From: Frankiales bacterium
GTDB lineage: Bacteria > Actinomycetota > Actinomycetes > Mycobacteriales > SCTD01
Direction of reading: 5' to 3'
NCBI GenBank assembly: GCA_025965475.1
Contig: JAOPWV010000095.1
Span: 31,448-95,447, forward strand
DNA length: 64,000 bases
Shown here piece by piece: positions 1 to 8,381 of the stretch (positions are counted from its first letter, which is position 1; every line of letters starts with the position of its first letter). The notes under the pieces were generated by a model. It did not search any database. It had not been told where the DNA came from and saw nothing but the letters and a program-made list of their open reading frames with translations. The translations under genes and the position numbers were made by a program.

Positions 1-448
1 ACGGCGTCGTGGTGATCGTGCCCGAACGGGCCCGCCTGAAGGACGGAGCGGCTCGGGTCGTGGCGGGTCTTGACGAGGACGAACACTGGCAGCACGCAGT
101 CCGCTGGGCCGCGCAGGAGGCGAGTGCCCGCGGGGCCGGGCTCGAACTGGTGGCCGTGCTACCGGCACACCAGTGGGACCTGGCCGGCCTATCCCTCGGG
201 CAGGCCGCGTCCGAGCGGGTGCTGGAGGAGGGGGTCCGGCGCGCCTTGGCTGCTGCGCCGGAGTCGCGGTGACGTCCACCGTGCTGGTGGGGCGGCCCGG
301 GGAGGCGCTCACCCGTCATACGGAGGGGAACCTGCTCGTCCTGGGCGGTCACGCCGCCGCACGCGGGCACGGGCCGGGAACGACGGGCCGGTATTGCGCG
401 GAGCATGCGCGTGGCCCGGTAGCGGTCGTGGCCGGACCGCATTTCTGA
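1..448 (+). pseudogene. Universal stress protein (USP), 5' end outside the window, with a frameshift near 260
   Basis: ORF 9..272 has a USP N-half (VVAGLD..AVRWAAQEASARGAGLELVAV). The USP C-half (VLVGRPGEAL..LLVLGGH..GTTGRYCAEHARGPVAVV) is in another frame (173..448). Adding one G at ccg-g(g)a-gtc restores the frame, so this is a real frameshift or a sequencing error. Confidence 0.7.
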
Positions 449-484
449 TCGTCAGCGGTCCCGACCCCTGGCTTGGCCAGCAGC

Positions 485-1537
485 TCACTCAGACGGATGT
501 TCTAGGCGCAGGATCTCGGGGACGGTGCGCCGGGGTGTCGGTCGGGGGAGCTGGCCGTAGCCCAGCCGTAGCACGACCTGCGGGCGTGCGCTCTGGGTGA
601 GCGCTGCGAGCTGGCGGCGCAGCGCCGGGACGTGCAGGGCCCCGTTGACATAGGACGCGGTCAGCCCGTCGCTGCAGGCGCGCAGCAACAGTCGCTGCAT
701 ACCGGCACCGGCCCGCAGGACCGCAGGGCGGCCATCGCCTGTTGCGCTGATGACCAGCACCAGGGGCGCGCCGCGCTCTGCCTCGGCGATGTCCTGCGCC
801 GACCAGGGGGGTAGCCCGGCAGTGCGGCAGAGGGTAGGCCGCAGCCACGACCGGATCGCTCCGAGTCCGTAGGCGTAGCCGGGCACCCCGTCCCGCTGCG
901 AGGTGTCGTTGGCACGGGACCAGGCTGCCGCCTCGCGCCGGTAGGCGCCGTCTTCCCAGAGCTCGGTCTCGGCGGCGGCGGTCAGCCGGGCGAGCGCCTC
1001 CTGCCCCGCAACGTCCAGCGGGGTGACGACCGCCCCCTCCGCAGCGGCTTCGGCGACCAAGCGGTCCACCTCGTGGACCGGCACGGCGGTCGCCTGGAAC
1101 GGCGCACGATGCGTACCGCGGCGCGGTACCGCGAACAGGAGATCGGGTGCGAGGTCGCCCTCGACCGGCGGACCCTGGACCACCACCCGGGCGAGCAGTT
1201 CCGGACGACTGGGATCTGGCATCAGCGTGACCTGTGTCCCGTACTCAGCCCCGGCGAGGGCTAGGCGCAGGTTGAGCAGTGCCGCTCCGCAGGCGAGCAG
1301 CGCCTCCCTGTTGTCGCTGTCGACGAAGGGGAGCTGCCGGGATGGGTCGAGGTACAGCTCCACCCTGGCCTCGGTCTCGTCCTCCGGCAGGTAGGCCAGG
1401 AAGGACCAGGGCTGGCTGTTGTGCTCGCTGGGTGCCAGGGCGGCGTGCGCCACTGCCCAGTCCAGCACCTCGGCCAAGCCTGCCTCCGGGGGCAGCCCGT
1501 GCTCGACCACGTCATGGGGGTTGCCGTCGCGGTACAT
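485..1537 (-). CDS. Acg-family FMN-binding nitroreductase-like protein
   Basis: Motifs AALAPSEHNSQPW, REALLACGAALLNLRLA, RRGTHRAPF and PQVVLRLGYG..PTPRR. Start placed at ATG 1537, downstream of the DosR-type boxes. Confidence 0.85.
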   Translation of the reverse strand: MYRDGNPHDVVEHGLPPEAGLAEVLDWAVAHAALAPSEHNSQPWSFLAYLPEDETEARVELYLDPSRQLPFVDSDNREALLACGAALLNLRLALAGAEYGTQVTLMPDPSRPELLARVVVQGPPVEGDLAPDLLFAVPRRGTHRAPFQATAVPVHEVDRLVAEAAAEGAVVTPLDVAGQEALARLTAAAETELWEDGAYRREAAAWSRANDTSQRDGVPGYAYGLGAIRSWLRPTLCRTAGLPPWSAQDIAEAERGAPLVLVISATGDGRPAVLRAGAGMQRLLLRACSDGLTASYVNGALHVPALRRQLAALTQSARPQVVLRLGYGQLPRPTPRRTVPEILRLEHPSE

Positions 1538-1573
1538 GCCGCCAGGCTGGCGCGGTCCCCCCGCCGACCGGCA

Positions 1574-1609
1574 GAGACGTTCGTTTCCTGCTGCGGGGAC
1601 GTTGGTCCC
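1574..1609. promoter_or_regulatory. Pair of DosR/DevR-type boxes upstream of the Acg gene
   Basis: GGGAC-GTTG-GTCCC at 1596-1609 and a degenerate GAGAC-GTTC-GTTTC at 1574-1587, 22 bp apart. The first matches the GGGAC-N4-GTCCC core of DosR sites. Confidence 0.65.
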
Positions 1610-1752
1610 GTCCTGGCACCGGCGACGAGAAGTGGAACCGACCACCGCGGCGTCAGGCTGCGCCGAGGGCACCAGGGCCGGCCACCACAAGCGATCTCTG
1701 TGTTGTCTTCATGGCGCCACCGCACGGCAGGTGCAGCCAGCTTGGTGCTGGG

Positions 1753-1845
1753 TCAGGACGGCGGACGCACGACGGCGACGGTGCATGGTGCGTGGTGCAC
1801 GACGGCTCTGGACACCGACCCGAGCAGGAGGCCGGTGAAGCCGCC
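1753..1845 (-). pseudogene. USP C-terminal remnant
   Basis: GGFTGLLLGSVSRAVVHHAPCTVAVVRP is the canonical USP C-terminus. The in-frame upstream sequence is not USP-like. Confidence 0.7.
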
Positions 1846-2037
1846 CGGAACCTCTCGACGTTCGTCGCGCAGGAGCCCCGCCAGCTTCCGGCTGAACTCG
1901 GCAACCTCGACGGGGACAGCTTCCCTTGTTGGGACATGCGCGCTGGCCTTCTCGGGCGGTCCCTCGGGTCGGTCAATCTCGTCACCATGCAGATGGGGCG
2001 GGATGATGGCAGAGGGCTGTACCCCCAGCCCCGTGGG

Positions 2038-2140
2038 GGCAGTTGTGGTGGCAGTTCTTGGCAACACTCGACAGCCCCAGACCTACTCAGACAGCCCGCC
2101 GAGACTCTGTTCACGCTCAGGACCGGTCCAGACAGACCTA
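2038..2140. repeat. Short direct repeats next to the att core (possible integrase arm-type or accessory sites)
   Basis: GGCAGTT at 2038 and 2050; ACTC(A)GACAGCCC at 2066 and 2085; CAGACCTA at 2078 and 2133. Confidence 0.4.
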
Positions 2141-2160
2141 GACATCCGCTATGGGTCCCG

Positions 2161-2204
2161 CTGGCAGTGTGGGGGTCAGGGGTTCGAGTCCCCTCAGCTC
2201 CACC
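2161..2204 (+). mobile_element. att site (attR-like): 3' half of tRNA-Ala(GGC)
   Basis: CTGGCAGTGTGGGGGTCAGGGGTTCGAGTCCCCTCAGCTCCACC comprises the anticodon loop (GGC), variable loop, T-arm (AGGGG-TTCGAGT-CCCCT) and the 3' acceptor strand. There is no D-arm or 5' acceptor strand upstream. Confidence 0.85.
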
Positions 2205-2211
2205 CGCACGA

Positions 2212-2251
2212 GAAGGGCCTTCGACCGGGTAACCGGATCGGAGGCCCTTTT
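2212..2251 (+). terminator. Intrinsic terminator following the tRNA fragment
   Basis: Hairpin AAGGGCCTTCGACCGG-GTAA-CCGGATCGGAGGCCCTT followed by T residues. Confidence 0.75.
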
Positions 2252-2430
2252 GGTTGAGCTGATCTGTCGCGGTGCGAGCACCGTGCGTGACGAAGAGCCC
2301 GCCGCCCTGAGTGCCGAACCCGTCACTCGACTTGTTCATGTCCTGTCGCAAGTTTTCTGATTTACATCAAAGACATGACGCACAACGTCTTGACCGTAGA
2401 ACGAATCTCCCGTACACATGCGCCCAACCT

Positions 2431-2448
2431 GAGTGATCAACATCACTC
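2431..2448. promoter_or_regulatory. CRP/GlxR-like palindrome upstream of the ABC operon
   Basis: GAGTGA-TCAACA-TCACTC (GTGA-N6-TCAC), about 33 bp before the ATG at 2482. Confidence 0.55.
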
Positions 2449-2481
2449 CAGTCGCTCTTGCCACTGTTGAAGGGTGCTCTC

Positions 2482-3693
2482 ATGGGTCGCAGTCGCTGGT
2501 CGCAGGTCCTGCCCGCCGTAGCCGCCCTCGGTGCAGGCGCCGTCGTCCTGTCCGCCTGTGGATCGAACAGCCTGAAGGAGGGCGCGGGCGGCAGCACGGC
2601 CCAGCCTTCCGCCGGGGCCGGCTCCGCGAAGATCGCCCTGCTCGTGCCGCAGTCCGGGACGTACGCGCCGCTCGGCGCGGACATGGAGCAGGGGTTCCGG
2701 TTCTACCTCGAGCAGAAGAACGGCAAGCTCGGCGGCAAGACGGTCGACCTGCAGGTCGTCGACGAGGGTGCCGGGCCCGAGACGGGCGTCCCCGCGGCAC
2801 AGAAGCTCGCCCAGCAGAGCGACCTGTCGGCCGTGGTGGGCATCGTGAACAGCGGGGTCGCGCTGGGCGTCCGCGACGTCTTCGACCAGGCCAAGCTGCC
2901 GCTCGTCCTCGCCAACGCGGGCGCCGACGCCATCACCGGTGCCAGGAAGTCGGACTACGTGTGGCGCACGTCGTTCTCGAACTCGCAGGTCTCCGGTGCG
3001 ATGGGGTCGTACGTGGCCGAGAAGACAAAGGGCGGCAGCGTCTACCTCATCGCGCCCGACTACGCGGCCGGCAAGGAGTTCCTGTCCGGCTTCGAGAAGA
3101 CCTTCACCGCGGCCGGCGGGAAGGTGGCCGGCCAGGAGCTCCCGCCGTTCGGCAAGACCAGCAACTACCAGCCCTACCTGGCCAAGATCAAGCAGTCCGG
3201 TGCAACGGGCGTCTTCGCCTTCTTCGCCGGGTCCGAGGCGGTGAGCTTCACCAAGCAGTACAAGGAGCTCGGGCTCGCCGGCTCCATCCCGCTGTACTCC
3301 AGCGGCTTCCTCACCGAGGGCGGCGTGCTCAAGGCCTCCGGTGCCGCCGCCGCCGGGATCGAGAGCTCGCTGCACTACAGCGACCAGCTCGACACGCCGC
3401 GCAACAAGGAGTTCGTCCAGGCCTACGCCGCCAAGTACTCGGAGCCCCCGACCGTCTATGCCGTCCAGGCGTACGACGCGGCGCAGGTGCTGGACAAGGC
3501 GCTCGAGAAGGGCACCACCGGGGATCAGGTCGTCGAGGGGCTGCGGGGCGTCGGGACCGTGGACAGCCCGCGCGGCCCGTGGACGTTCGACGAGAGCCAC
3601 AACCCCAAGCAGGCGTTCTACCTCCGCAAGGTGCAGCAGGGTCCGGGCGGGACGCTCGTGAACGCGGTCGTCCGCGAGCTGGCCTCGCCCTGA
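2482..3693 (+). CDS. ABC substrate-binding lipoprotein, Liv/HAAT type (possibly aromatic-acid subgroup)
   Basis: Lipobox VVLSAC; motifs KIALLVPQSGTYAPLG, VWRTSFSN, APDYAAGKE and YAVQAYDAA..DSPRG. Confidence 0.9.
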   Translation: MGRSRWSQVLPAVAALGAGAVVLSACGSNSLKEGAGGSTAQPSAGAGSAKIALLVPQSGTYAPLGADMEQGFRFYLEQKNGKLGGKTVDLQVVDEGAGPETGVPAAQKLAQQSDLSAVVGIVNSGVALGVRDVFDQAKLPLVLANAGADAITGARKSDYVWRTSFSNSQVSGAMGSYVAEKTKGGSVYLIAPDYAAGKEFLSGFEKTFTAAGGKVAGQELPPFGKTSNYQPYLAKIKQSGATGVFAFFAGSEAVSFTKQYKELGLAGSIPLYSSGFLTEGGVLKASGAAAAGIESSLHYSDQLDTPRNKEFVQAYAAKYSEPPTVYAVQAYDAAQVLDKALEKGTTGDQVVEGLRGVGTVDSPRGPWTFDESHNPKQAFYLRKVQQGPGGTLVNAVVRELASP

Positions 3694-3748
3694 CGGGGGT
3701 GGCCGGTCGGCCACCGCTCTGTCCCGCCGACCGCAGTGGAGCCGCAAC

Positions 3749-4636
3749 GTGCTGACCTGGCTGGGCGCCAACTACATCACGATGATCGACGGTGTGGCCC
3801 TCGGTGTCCTGCTCTTCACCATCGCTCTCGGGCTGTCGCTGGTCTTCGGGGTCATGGACGTGCTCAACCTGGCCCACGGCGCGCTGTACCTCATCGGTGC
3901 GTACGTCGCGGTGCAGGTGCTCGGTGGGGGATCGGCCTCGCTCCTGGCCTTCGCCGGCGCCGGCGTGCTCGCCCTGCTCATCGGTGGCCTGGCGGGCGCG
4001 GGGCTCTCCGTGATGACGCGGCCGGTTGCCCGCCGGGGGCATCTCGACCAGGCACTGCTCACCCTGGGTGTGGCGCTGGTGGTCGCGGACCTGCTGTCGG
4101 CGGCCTTCGGCAACGACGTGAAGTCCATCGACCCGCCGACCGCCTTCGCGGGGTCGACCTCGTTGCTGGGCGACGCCTACCCGACCTACCGCCTGGTCGT
4201 GATCGCCGTCGGACTGCTGCTCGCGATCGGCGCGTACGTCCTCATCGAGCGCACCCGCGTCGGCGCCCTGGTCCAGGCCAGCGTCGCCGACGCGCCGATG
4301 GTGCGCGCCCTGGGCGTCGACACCGGCCGCCTGGTGACGGGCGTCTTCGCGGCCGGCGGCGGCCTCGCGGCGCTGGGGGGCGTCCTGGGCGCGCCGATCC
4401 TGTCGGCGTACCCGGGGCTGGACACCCGCGTGCTCATCCTGGGCCTCGTGGTCGTGGTCATCGGAGGCCTCGGTTCGGTGACCGGGGCGCTGGTCGGCGC
4501 GCTGCTCATCGGCCAGGTCGAGACGCTCGGCGTCAGCCTGCTGCCGACCTACGCCTCGTTCCTCGTCTTCGGCACGATGGCCCTGGTCCTCCTGGTGCGC
4601 CCGTCCGGCCTGCTGGCCACGGGGCGTTCGGCATGA
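3749..4636 (+). CDS. Branched-chain amino acid-type ABC permease (LivH-like)
   Basis: GLSLVFGVMDVLNLAHG and VVVVIGGLGS; multiple TM segments. Confidence 0.9.
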   Translation: MLTWLGANYITMIDGVALGVLLFTIALGLSLVFGVMDVLNLAHGALYLIGAYVAVQVLGGGSASLLAFAGAGVLALLIGGLAGAGLSVMTRPVARRGHLDQALLTLGVALVVADLLSAAFGNDVKSIDPPTAFAGSTSLLGDAYPTYRLVVIAVGLLLAIGAYVLIERTRVGALVQASVADAPMVRALGVDTGRLVTGVFAAGGGLAALGGVLGAPILSAYPGLDTRVLILGLVVVVIGGLGSVTGALVGALLIGQVETLGVSLLPTYASFLVFGTMALVLLVRPSGLLATGRSA

Positions 4637-5655
4637 CGTCACGGCTCGAGGAGCCGGTCGTGGCAGCGCCGGTGTCGGCCGGCACGAGGCTGCAGCCGCA
4701 GCCGCTCGACCCGCCGGCCCGGCTGCGCTGGTACGGCGTGGTCGTCGTCGCGCTCGCGTTCGTGCCGTTCGTCGCGCCCGCGGACGTGGCAGCCACGGCG
4801 ACGCGCATCCTCGCGCTCGCGCTGCTCGCGGTCAGCCTGGACCTGCTCGTCGGGGTCGGCGGGATGCCCTCGCTCGGGCAGGCCGCGCCGTTCGGCGTCG
4901 GGGTCTACGCCGCCGGCCTGACGGCGCGCGAGCTGACGCCGTTCGCGCCCGTGCAGGTGCTGGTGGCGGTGGCCGCCGGGGCCCTCCTGTCGGCGCTGCT
5001 CGGCTGGCTCGTGGTGCGCTCCCGCGGGACGTACCTGCTCATGCTCAGCCTCGCGCTGGCCGAGCTCGTCCACACCCTCGCCGGCAAGTGGGACGCGCTC
5101 ACGGGCGGGACGAACGGCCTGGTCGGCGTCCCGGCGCTCACGTTCGCCCCTGGTGGTGAACCGGTCCGGCTCGCCGGGCTCGTCTACTGGTGGGTGCTGG
5201 CCGTGGCGGTCGTCGGCTTCCTCGTCGTGGTCGTCGTGTCCCGCAGCGCCTTCGGCCGGTCGCTGCGCGGGATCCGCGACAACGAGGCGCGGATGAGCTC
5301 GCTGGGCTACTCGACGTTCCGGGTCAAGTACACGGCCTTCGTCATCTCCGGTGCGGTCGCCGGCCTGGCCGGTGCGCTGTGGATGGCGCAGACCCGATTC
5401 GCCTCGCCAGAGGACCTTGGCTTCCACGTGTCGGCCTTCGCGCTGCTCGCCGTCGTGATCGGCGGACGTGGCAGCCTGTGGGGGGCGGTGCTCGGGGCCG
5501 CGCTGGTCGGCGTGATCCGGGACGAGTTCGGTCCGCAGCTCGGCGGGCGCGGACCGCTGCTCCTCGGCATCGCCTTCATCGCCGCGGTCTACCTGCTGCC
5601 GCACGGCTTCGCGGGGCTCCGGCTGCGCCGGGCGCGCACGCAGGGGCACCCATGA
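4633..5655 (+). CDS. Branched-chain amino acid-type ABC permease (LivM-like)
   Basis: LDLLVGVGGMPSLGQAA, TGGTNG and SAFGRSLRGIRDNE; ATGA overlap with the upstream gene. Confidence 0.9.
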   Translation: MTSRLEEPVVAAPVSAGTRLQPQPLDPPARLRWYGVVVVALAFVPFVAPADVAATATRILALALLAVSLDLLVGVGGMPSLGQAAPFGVGVYAAGLTARELTPFAPVQVLVAVAAGALLSALLGWLVVRSRGTYLLMLSLALAELVHTLAGKWDALTGGTNGLVGVPALTFAPGGEPVRLAGLVYWWVLAVAVVGFLVVVVVSRSAFGRSLRGIRDNEARMSSLGYSTFRVKYTAFVISGAVAGLAGALWMAQTRFASPEDLGFHVSAFALLAVVIGGRGSLWGAVLGAALVGVIRDEFGPQLGGRGPLLLGIAFIAAVYLLPHGFAGLRLRRARTQGHP

Positions 5656-6434
5656 GCACGCTGCTCGCGCTGGACGGCGTATCCAAGCAGTACGGCTCCC
5701 TCATGGCCGTCGACGGGGTGACGCTCGGCATCGAGCGCGGGGCGCGGCACGCCTTGATCGGGCCGAACGGCGCCGGGAAGTCGACGCTGTTCGGCCTCAT
5801 CGCGGGGACGAGCGCCACGACGGCGGGGACGATCGCGCTCGCCGGCGAGGACATCACCAGGCGTTCGGACAGCTGGCGCGCCCGCGTCGGCGTCGCGAAG
5901 ACCTTCCAGCATTCGTCGCTCTTCCTGTCGCTGTCGGTCGCCGACAACATCGCACTGGCGGCCCAGCGCCTGACCGGGCACGGGCTGCGGATCCGGACAC
6001 GTGCCGCGCACTGCCCCGGTGTCGCCGAGGAGGTGGAGCGCTGCCTGGCCCTGGTGGGCCTGGCGGACCGGCCGCAGGTGCGGGTGAGCGCGCTCTCGCA
6101 CGGCGAGCGCCGCCAGCTCGAGGTCGCCGTCGCGCTGGCGACCCGTCCGCGGCTGCTGCTGCTCGACGAGCCGACGGCCGGCATGTCGGCGGCGGAGAGC
6201 GGCCGCTTCGTCGGACTCGTCGAGTCCCTGCCTCCCGACGTCACGGTGCTGCTCATCGAGCACGACCTCGATGTCGTCTTCCGGCTCGCCGACCGGATCA
6301 GCGTGCTGCACCTCGGCAAGCTGCTGGCCGACGGCACGCCCGAGCAGGTGCGCGCGGACGAGGTCGTGCAGCAGGCCTACCTCGGCAGCGGCGCCGCGCG
6401 CGAGCTCTTCCTGACGTCGCCCGGCTCGCCGTGA
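5652..6434 (+). CDS. ABC ATP-binding protein (LivG-like)
   Basis: Walker A GPNGAGKST, LSHGERR, LLLLDEPTAG and IEHD. Confidence 0.92.
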   Translation: MSTLLALDGVSKQYGSLMAVDGVTLGIERGARHALIGPNGAGKSTLFGLIAGTSATTAGTIALAGEDITRRSDSWRARVGVAKTFQHSSLFLSLSVADNIALAAQRLTGHGLRIRTRAAHCPGVAEEVERCLALVGLADRPQVRVSALSHGERRQLEVAVALATRPRLLLLDEPTAGMSAAESGRFVGLVESLPPDVTVLLIEHDLDVVFRLADRISVLHLGKLLADGTPEQVRADEVVQQAYLGSGAARELFLTSPGSP

Positions 6435-7138
6435 GCGGCGACTTCGTCGTCCGGGACCTGCGCGCGGGATACGCCGGCAGCAGCGTCCTCGACGGCGTCG
6501 ACCTCACCGTCGGCGCGGGCGAGGTGGTCGGGCTGCTCGGGCGCAACGGTGTCGGCAAGAGCACGCTCATGTCGACGGTCGTGGGCTGGGTGACCCCGAC
6601 GGCGGGTTCGATCACGCTGGACGGGCAGGAGCTCGCCGGGCTGCCGACGCATCGCATCGCCCGGGCGGGCATCGCGATCGTCCCCCAGGGACGCCGCGTC
6701 TTCGCGCCGCTCACGGTCGAGGGCAACCTGCGCATCGCCGTTCCTGCCGGTGGGCCGCGCGCCTGGTCGCTCGAGCGGGTCTACCAGCTGATGCCGCGGC
6801 TCGCCGAACGCCGGCGCAACCGCGGCGACCAGCTCTCCGGCGGCGAGCAGCAGATGCTGGCCATCGCCCGGGCCCTGCTGCGGGAGCCGCGGCTGCTGCT
6901 GCTGGACGAACCCTCCGAGGGGCTCGCTCCCGCGGTCGTCGACCAGGTCGTCGAGATCGTGGCCGGCCTGCGCGCGCAAGGGCTGTCCGTGCTCCTCGTC
7001 GAGCAGGACCTGCACGCGGCCTTCGCCCTCAGCGACCGCATCCTCGTCATGCAGAAGGGGCGCATCGTGCACGACTCGACGACCGCCGAGTTCCGCAGCG
7101 ACGGCGAGCGAGGACGACGGCTGCTCGGCGTCGGCTGA
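6431..7138 (+). CDS. ABC ATP-binding protein (LivF-like)
   Basis: GRNGVGKST, LSGGEQQMLAIARAL and LLLDEPSEGLAP. Confidence 0.92.
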   Translation: MSGDFVVRDLRAGYAGSSVLDGVDLTVGAGEVVGLLGRNGVGKSTLMSTVVGWVTPTAGSITLDGQELAGLPTHRIARAGIAIVPQGRRVFAPLTVEGNLRIAVPAGGPRAWSLERVYQLMPRLAERRRNRGDQLSGGEQQMLAIARALLREPRLLLLDEPSEGLAPAVVDQVVEIVAGLRAQGLSVLLVEQDLHAAFALSDRILVMQKGRIVHDSTTAEFRSDGERGRRLLGVG

Positions 7139-7144
7139 TGCGGC

Positions 7145-8053
7145 TCAGCCGGTGGGGCGCCGGACCGGCGCGACGACCAGTGCGACGGCGACTGCCACGA
7201 CCGCGACCCCGAGCATCTGCACGACGCGCAGCCGCTCGCCGAACAGGAGGAAGGCCTCGACGGCGACGGCGGGTGGAACGAGATAGAGCAGGCTCGAGAC
7301 GCCGGCCGCGGTGCCGCGGCGGAGCAGCAGGAACAACAGCAGCACCGCACCCAGCGACAGGGGCAGCACCAGCCACGCGAGCGCGACGACGAACTCCCGC
7401 GTCCACTGCACGTGCATCGGCTCGGTCGCGGTGGCGGCCACGAGCAGCAACGCGGCCGCGGCGGCGTACTGCACCGCCGTACCCGACAGCATCGGCATCT
7501 GGTCGCCGTGCCGCTTCTGGTACAGCGTGCCCCCGGTGGCGGAGGCGAGGGCGACGAGGCAGGCGACCAGACCGGCCGCGGGCAGCGAGCCGGGCGCCGA
7601 GGCCGCCGCCGCCAGGCCCGGTGCCAGCACGAGGGCGACCCCGCCGAGGCCGAGCGCCAGCCCGCCCCACTGCCGCGGCGCGAGATGCTCACCGAGGAGC
7701 CGGCGCGCGAGCACGGCGGTGAGCACCGGCTGCAGGCTCACCACGACGGCTGAGACCCCTGCAGGCACGCCGCGGGAGAGGGCCCAGAACACGCCGGCGA
7801 GATAGCCGCCGTGCAGCAGCGTCCCGACGACGGCGGCATGCCCGTACTGCGCCCGGGACGCGGGCACGGGGGAGCGCAGCGCGGCGGCGAGCAGCATGAG
7901 CAGGGCGGACGCGACGGCCAGCCTGATCGCGAGGAAGGTGAACGGGTCGGCGTACGGCAGGCCGTACTTCGCCCCGACGAACCCGGTACTCCACAGCAGG
8001 ACGAACGCCGCGGGCGCCCCCCTGGCGAGCCCGCGTGAACGGGGCGTGGTCAT
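7145..8053 (-). CDS. DMT/EamA family transporter
   Basis: FVLLWSTGFVGAKYG and YADPFTFLAIR; about 10 TM segments in two repeats. Confidence 0.88.
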   Translation of the reverse strand: MTTPRSRGLARGAPAAFVLLWSTGFVGAKYGLPYADPFTFLAIRLAVASALLMLLAAALRSPVPASRAQYGHAAVVGTLLHGGYLAGVFWALSRGVPAGVSAVVVSLQPVLTAVLARRLLGEHLAPRQWGGLALGLGGVALVLAPGLAAAASAPGSLPAAGLVACLVALASATGGTLYQKRHGDQMPMLSGTAVQYAAAAALLLVAATATEPMHVQWTREFVVALAWLVLPLSLGAVLLLFLLLRRGTAAGVSSLLYLVPPAVAVEAFLLFGERLRVVQMLGVAVVAVAVALVVAPVRRPTG

Positions 8054-8381
8054 CCGGTACGCACAGTCACGGCCGGCGATGAGCGCAGGACGTTCGAGGC
8101 TCACGCGCTCCTCTGTGCGCAACACCTCGGGCCACGGATCCTCCAGACGCTCTACAGGTCACTCGCGGGAGCACGGGACCGTAGTACGAGAACGGTTGAC
8201 AGTGCAGGCACCGGCCCCTGCCCGCGCGTGAGGGCCAAGGGCTGGAGCCCGTGCCGAGTGGAGCACCGGCGCTGGGCCGCGCCGGCATGTCAACGCGTCC
8301 GCTCGCGGCGGCCCGCGCTCGTCTGAGGCCGATTCGTGACCACATCAGGCGTGATTCTCTGTAAGCTCTTCGTTACACAGC

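Noticed and set aside
2130..2204. Intact tRNA-Ala gene
   Set aside because: There is no 5' acceptor strand or D-arm; only the 3' half is present, so it is called as an att remnant.
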